The position numbers and the translations under genes are program-made. A DNA stretch of 63,778 nt, counting the filler, from Stramenopiles sp. TOSAG23-3 (lineage: Eukaryota), in assembly GCA_900128585.1 (NCBI GenBank). It is 6 parts of 6 records of this genome, joined end to end, with 100 filler letters (N's around TTAATTAATTAA, not from the genome) between each part and the next. Parts side by side here need not be neighbours in the genome. Positions count along the whole stretch, not along the records: positions 57,293 to 59,389 come from LT645082.1; positions 59,490 to 61,584 come from LT645083.1; positions 61,685 to 63,778 come from LT645084.1; 3 more parts are not named here. The stretch is one strand, 5' to 3'. Of this stretch, positions 58,294 through 63,778 are shown piece after piece. The notes below the pieces were generated by a model, which saw only the letters and a program-made list of their open reading frames with translations, searched no databases and was not told the DNA's origin. Numbering within the stretch: position 1 is the first letter of the stretch; the number at the start of each line of letters is the position of its first letter.

Positions 58294-59389
58294 ATGCTGC
58301 ACATTTTAGCACGACGGGTACGGCCTTCTGTACGGGCCGTGGCACCAGTAGTAACACGTAGTCTTTTTGCCAGTAGAAATTTTTCAAAGACTCCTTTGGC
58401 GTGCGCCGATTTCCCGGATCATCAGGTCCTTGGCCTTCCAAAGTTGTCCCCGACCATGGAAGAAGGCACCGTCCAGTCCTGGGCAGTGCAGGAAGGGGAA
58501 GAGTTCGCCGAAGGAGACGTGATTTGTCAAATTGAAACCGATAAAGCCGCAGTAGATTTTGAAGCCACCGAGGACGGGTTTATGGCGAAGCACTTAGTGC
58601 AGCCCGGTCACGCTCCTGCAAAGACGGGGCTTCCGATCGCGGTTACGGTAGAAGAGGAGGGGGATGTCGCTGCGTTCGCGAACTCGTCCAGTGCCGACTT
58701 TGCGTCGTCCGCCGAAGAGGACGACGCTCCGGCGGAGGCGGCCGCACCCGCACCCGCACCCGCGGCGGCGCCAGCCCCGAGCGCGCCCGTGGTCCAAGCT
58801 TCGAAGTCGGAGCAGCCAGGGGGGCGTTTGTTTGCGAGTCCGTTCGCGCGGAAGTTGGCAAGGGAAAGTGGCCTGGATATCAATCTGGTGATGGGCCAGG
58901 GGACCGGCCCCAAGGGCCGCGTCGTCGCGTCGGACGTAGAGGCGTTCTTGGCCTCGGGCGGCGCCGCCATGGGTGGCGACATGCCACTGAACGCGGAGCA
59001 GTTGGCAACTGCGGCCATGTTGACGGAGTCGAAACGTCAAGTGCCGCATTACTATTTGACTGTAGAACTAAATTTGGACGAAATGCTGGCGCTGAGGGAG
59101 CGCGCCAACGAAGGGAACGACATGGAAGTCAGCATGAACGACTTCGTCCTCAAGGCGTCCGCGAAAGCAATGAAGAAGGTCCCGGACGTGAACTCGTCCT
59201 GGATGGAAACTTTCATCCGAAGCTACGATTATGTTGACATCAATGTTGCTGTTAGCACCCCCCACGGCACTGTAATGCCCGTCATTCGAGACGTGGACAC
59301 CCAGGGCCTGCATGCCATTGCCCAGGAGACGGCGGAAGTTGCCAACGGGGCAAGGGAAGGGTCGTTGACCGCCTCGGAGTACGAATCGG
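58294..59389 (+). CDS. DLAT: Mitochondrial pyruvate dehydrogenase E2 (dihydrolipoamide acetyltransferase) or E3-binding paralogue, 3'-truncated
   Basis: Arg-rich presequence, lipoyl domain [14 protein letters not shown], Ala/Pro linker, E3-binding [17 protein letters not shown]...DV, and catalytic-domain start [10 protein letters not shown]. Ends at the gap. Confidence 0.88.
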
Positions 59390-59489
59390 NNNNNNNNNNN
59401 NNNNNNNNNNNNNNNNNNNNNNNNNNNNNNNNNTTAATTAATTAANNNNNNNNNNNNNNNNNNNNNNNNNNNNNNNNNNNNNNNNNNNN
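59390..59489. other. Artificial contig linker
   Basis: N44-TTAATTAATTAA-N44. Confidence 0.97.
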
Positions 59490-59491
59490 AG

Positions 59492-60706
59492 AAGATGACC
59501 GCCGCGGCAACCCCCGAGCGGAAATTTAGCAACGAGCTCGGGGGCGGCCTGCGGTCCGGCACCAAGGCAGGCGTCGGGCTCTTGATGAAGACCATGGCGA
59601 ACCACGTGGAGAAGCAGGAGCACTTGGACCCGTTCGAAAAGCAGCGACAGCTTGGCATTTTGAACGACCCGAACAACCGCAAGGTCTTGGAGGACGACCT
59701 GTTCGGCATGCTGGAGAAAAGCAAAGCCTTGCATGCCTTGGACAACAAAGTGACCGACACCATCGCGTGGTCAGAAGACGTCGCCAAGCGCTCCGAAGAA
59801 TGGTTCGGGAACATGGCGAAGTCCATCGAAGGGCGATTGAAGAAGAAAGACCACGAAACCGCGGTCAAGAAAGTTATCGAAAGCGGAGGACCAAAAGCCC
59901 CGCCGGCCCCAAAGGAGGAGTCCGGAACCACCTGCGCCGGCACTGGCGCAGAGCTGCGGGATAAAGGGCTGCTCGCCCCAGGAGAGGAGAACGTCGTGCA
60001 GGAACTGCAAAAGAGTTACAGCCGTGGGCTGAAGGAGAACCAGCTTACCTTTGGGGCAAAGCCAGATGTCAAGGGCTTGTTGGACAAAATATCTGTGGCC
60101 ACCAACGCGCACTATTTGACGAACTACACGAGCACGAAGGTTCACTTCAACGTCGACCTGAACAACGTATTGATGTCCGACAAGGCGTCGATGGACATCA
60201 ACACTGGGATTCACCACACTGGCTTGAGCAAGAACGGACGCCTGCAGTGGACGGCGGGCGCCAACGCAAGGGCGAGCTTTGGCGGGGTCATGGCAGGCAA
60301 TGCCCACATGACCAAGGCCCACTTGAACGCGTACGTGACTGCCAAAAAGTTTAGCGCAGACGGCAAAAAAAGTTTCAGCACTGGGTTTTTCGTTTCCAGG
60401 GACATCAACACCCCCACCGGTAGCATCGTAAAGGGCAGCGTGCTAGATCGTTACCACCACGAGCTCAGTTACACAAACGAAGAAAGTGGGTTCTCCTTAA
60501 GTGCACAAAATACCTTGTTGAAGAGAAATGGGGTTGGCGATAGTTTCTATAGTGGGGTTCAACTAAAAAAGAAGAACGCATTTGGTGTGAAAAACCTGAG
60601 TGCACATGCCAGCGCAGGGTATGAAGCCCACAGAAACTTTGGGCAGGACTGGCAAAGTGGCGGTGCCACGGCGAAAGTCGGCCTCACTTGGAAGTTCAGG
60701 ATTTAA
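59492..60706 (+). CDS. 5'-partial unknown protein with helical N-part and C-terminal amphipathic beta-strand (beta-barrel-like) domain
   Basis: Frame of more than 400 aa. The last ~200 aa show about 11 alternating-polarity strands ending ..ATAKVGLTWKFRI. Confidence 0.7.
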   Translation, partial: KMTAAATPERKFSNELGGGLRSGTKAGVGLLMKTMANHVEKQEHLDPFEKQRQLGILNDPNNRKVLEDDLFGMLEKSKALHALDNKVTDTIAWSEDVAKRSEEWFGNMAKSIEGRLKKKDHETAVKKVIESGGPKAPPAPKEESGTTCAGTGAELRDKGLLAPGEENVVQELQKSYSRGLKENQLTFGAKPDVKGLLDKISVATNAHYLTNYTSTKVHFNVDLNNVLMSDKASMDINTGIHHTGLSKNGRLQWTAGANARASFGGVMAGNAHMTKAHLNAYVTAKKFSADGKKSFSTGFFVSRDINTPTGSIVKGSVLDRYHHELSYTNEESGFSLSAQNTLLKRNGVGDSFYSGVQLKKKNAFGVKNLSAHASAGYEAHRNFGQDWQSGGATAKVGLTWKFRI

Positions 60707-60734
60707 CTCTCTTCGAAACGAAGAGAGTTAAATC
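60700..60734 (+). terminator. Perfect 16-bp inverted repeat overlapping the stop codon (candidate 3'-end hairpin)
   Basis: GATTTAACTCTCTTCG-AAA-CGAAGAGAGTTAAATC; no U-tract follows. Confidence 0.5.
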
Positions 60735-61584
60735 TTAGAGAGAAAGAAGGAAGGCGAACCAGTTTTTTCCCCTGTAGACTGGTGGCGCGTAAAGAGAAAA
60801 CTTCAAACCTCAGAGTAGGTCTTTTTAATTTCTTTTATCATAACTTTATCACTATATAATTTGTTTTTTTCAATATCATAACATACTATATAATTTGTTT
60901 TTTCATAACTTTACTCACCAATAAGTATGATAAGAATTAAGATAGGTAGAAAGTGTCATTTTTTCAAAAAATATTAAGAAAATAATAAAATCTTACAAAG
61001 TATCATGTATCATATGATAGTAATCTAACATCCGGAACAAGGAAGATAGAAAGAAGCAAGGAAGAAGAAAAGAAGAATCATTCCAAGCTCCTTCCTCAAC
61101 AAATAAAGCAAGAAGCGGAGCGGTCAATTTGAAGATGACTATCATATCATATTTTATATACGAAAGGAGCAAATGATGCCATTTGATTTTTTTTCTTTTT
61201 GTTGTTGTTAGCTGCTGGTGGCTGGTGGTGGAAATAAAACTAGACGACTAGTATAATAAATATTACAAAATTTTCCTGGTACTGGTATATCGTATTAACA
61301 TACGTGCTTCTTCTTGCTGAGATTATTGATTGGTCAGGTTGTCGATCGATGATGTTGTGACTATGTATGACTACTAGGAGTTTTGTATTAAATGTTGGAC
61401 ATTCCCCCCCCCACCCCAGTTTTTAGCCCTGCAAAAATATTCTTTCAGAGACAATGAATTCAGGTATTAATAAGCCCCCCATCAGCAAAAACACAACGGT
61501 GAATTTGCTTATTTAAACTGTGTATGAAAAGAACCATTGCCCAATGAACAACAAAAGGAAGGGAATAGTAGTCAGAAAAGTTAC

Positions 61585-61684
61585 NNNNNNNNNNNNNNNN
61601 NNNNNNNNNNNNNNNNNNNNNNNNNNNNTTAATTAATTAANNNNNNNNNNNNNNNNNNNNNNNNNNNNNNNNNNNNNNNNNNNN
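61585..61684. other. Artificial contig linker
   Basis: N44-TTAATTAATTAA-N44. Confidence 0.97.
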
Positions 61685-61685
61685 C

Positions 61686-63778
61686 TGCGAGTTAAACCAT
61701 GATTTAGAAAACCTTTACCAAACTCGAGAGTCACTGAAGCGTGTAGCATACTGCGATATTGTTCGAACAGGGGCGTGTGTGTATAAATCCACGGAGGCAT
61801 ATTTCCGGTGGGCAAGAGAGGAAATAAAAGTGTTTGAAACAGAAAGGAAAGGCATGAACAAAGCGATTGAAACTATGAACAAGACAAATAAGTATTTGGC
61901 AGAAAACGAAAAGAAAATTCTTGCTGAAATCCAAAAAGCCATAATATACTCTGAGGAATGTGTCAGGGAAAAGAACAATGAACTGTTGGAAGTTGGCAAT
62001 TTCTGGTGGTACACATACTTGAATGACTGGCGGCACTTGAAAATGTGGAATCTCGAGAGGAAAAAGGCGTACTACCGCAGATTTATACTTGCAAAGGAAC
62101 AAGCGTTAACAAACTACAGCGACGAGATGAGTAGCAATGGAAGTAGTGATGGACGCAGTGACCGAAGCAATGATCAAAATACTGAAGATGATAGCAATGA
62201 AGAGGAAAGCAACAGGGAGGGAAGCAATGAGAAGGGCAGTAAAGATGGGAATGACGATGAAACTATTTCGGTCGACAGTGAGTACACAACTTGGGATATT
62301 TTGGATTCGGGGTCTTCAAGCGAAGAAGACGAAGCCGAAGCGTCCATTGACAGTAATGAGGATGATCACGTTCACGAGGCCAGGCGCTTCGGCCGCTATG
62401 ACTTTAACCCTGAAGATTTGAAAGATCTTGTGTCATGGGAAGCAATATTCATGCCTGTCAGCAAGAGGAACGAGTTTTTGGAAGCAAAACGCAGCGAAGG
62501 GAAGCAAAAAGTTATAAAAAAAGCAATTAAGAATTGGAAAGACGCTCGCCGAAAGAAAGTTCATCGGATGGTAAATCAGCGGACAGTAGTACAGTCATGG
62601 GAAGAAATACAGTACACACTATCGACCCTTACAATAGACGTGCAAGAACTACTATCGGAACTGGAATTTAATTTCCCGTCATTCTTTGCTACATTTGAAG
62701 GTGCGTCTGTCAAAGCAGCATTTGGACAAATATCAACTCTTATTGTGCATGCTGATTGGAACGACTTGGACATTTGCGCGACCGATTGCCGTCGGGTCCT
62801 CGGTAAAATTGATCATGCTGTTCGTATGCTTCGAAATACGGATTCTGAAATCAGCACTGTTGGTCTTAGTGATTCGCCACCCGCTGAAAGCAAAAGAACC
62901 TGCACGTACAGCATTGGCGAAATCAATATTATGAAAATCAGTGATATTGGCAGTATCATACTCGTTTGCATACATAAATTGGAAGGCATCCAAGATTTGG
63001 TTGCAAATGGCGAAACACTTACTCCTCCAGATATGCATGACTACGGTGAAAATATTGATCATAAAAAGATCAAAAGGCACATGTTTCAGATATATCGTAG
63101 AGTTTTTATTAAGCATTCAGAGAAAAAAAACGACATCGACCAACTTGTTGGACCAAAAATATGCCTTGCAATTGTGGAGTGTGGGAGGCTGGCTCCAGAT
63201 CATACAGTTCTCAATTTGTTGCTTTTGCGGCTGTATGGAAAAACGGTCTTACAGTTTGTCGACTTTTTAGATTTGGTCCAACGCCCATATGAAAACGAAG
63301 TTACTATTCGCAAGAAATACGCCAAAGCAATCGCAGCGCAAGTTGTTGGGGATGCATATGGTGTTGTTTCCAGTAAACTGGATGTGGTAAAGGGGAAAAT
63401 AGATTCTATTAACCCTTGGAAAATAGACAAACAATTAAGAGAAAAGTCGGCGTTGCTTCTACAGAGTTGGTTCCGAATGGCAGTGCTGAGAAAAAAATAC
63501 AAAAACTCAAGGTATAGACATAATCAGTACATGAGCGTACATAACGCCGCTTTAGCATTACAAGGATTTTTTTGGAAAGCCTGTGGAGGCGATGATTACA
63601 CGATGAAGAAGTATATCCTGGAAAACTTTGAAAAGGTGCATGACCCTGAGACAGTCCGAAACTTTTACTGTCGGAAAGATACGTTTTTTTCGCTGCTAAA
63701 TTTGCCCCAATGTATTGATGAAGAGTTCATTCAATCAATACCAGTTTGCAAAGCAACAAAATATTCAAACCAGCATGT
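61686..63778 (+). CDS. Internal fragment of a large protein with coiled coil, acidic tract, IQ-like motifs and a WW-like segment
   Basis: Manual translation gives ~697 stop-free codons from the contig edge to the window end (absent from the ORF track). It includes SALLLQSWFRMAVLRKKY, AALALQGFFWK and FEKVHDPETVRNFY. Confidence 0.8.

Noticed and set aside
27461-61684. Repeated TTAATTAATTAA motif flanked by Ns
   Set aside because: Identical 100-nt artificial linkers used to concatenate contigs. They are not biological, and no synteny can be inferred across them.

Overview
Eukaryotic nuclear DNA from an intron-poor flagellated protist (stramenopile-like is an inference). GC-rich CDSs are separated by AT-rich, (GAA)n-rich spacers. 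The window is six contigs joined by artificial 100-nt N44-TTAATTAATTAA-N44 linkers, so adjacency across the linkers is not biological. About 23 protein-coding genes are supported. Recognisable ones are CEP120, IFT80, U2A'/SNRPA1, APC8/CDC23, PDH E2, a cytochrome P450, a PhyH-type oxygenase and an SPP/PqqL-like M16 peptidase. Two long ORFs are absent from the supplied track because they run off the window: an ALKBH5-like m6A demethylase (2201 to <1, minus) and an IQ-motif protein (61686 to the end). Highlights: (1) a STIM-like membrane protein with a duplicated EF-hand-SAM-FN3 luminal module and a cytosolic FYVE-like zinc finger in place of the Orai-activating coiled coil; (2) a membrane-anchored ankyrin/KCBP-like kinesin-14; (3) a dispersed 22-42 nt motif that recurs just downstream of gene 3' ends; (4) an orphan beta-barrel-like protein with a beta-signal and a perfect hairpin over its stop codon; (5) a LicD-cytidylyltransferase fusion; (6) a tRNA-like structured element beside a composite minisatellite. 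All family assignments come from motif recognition by eye; no searches were run.
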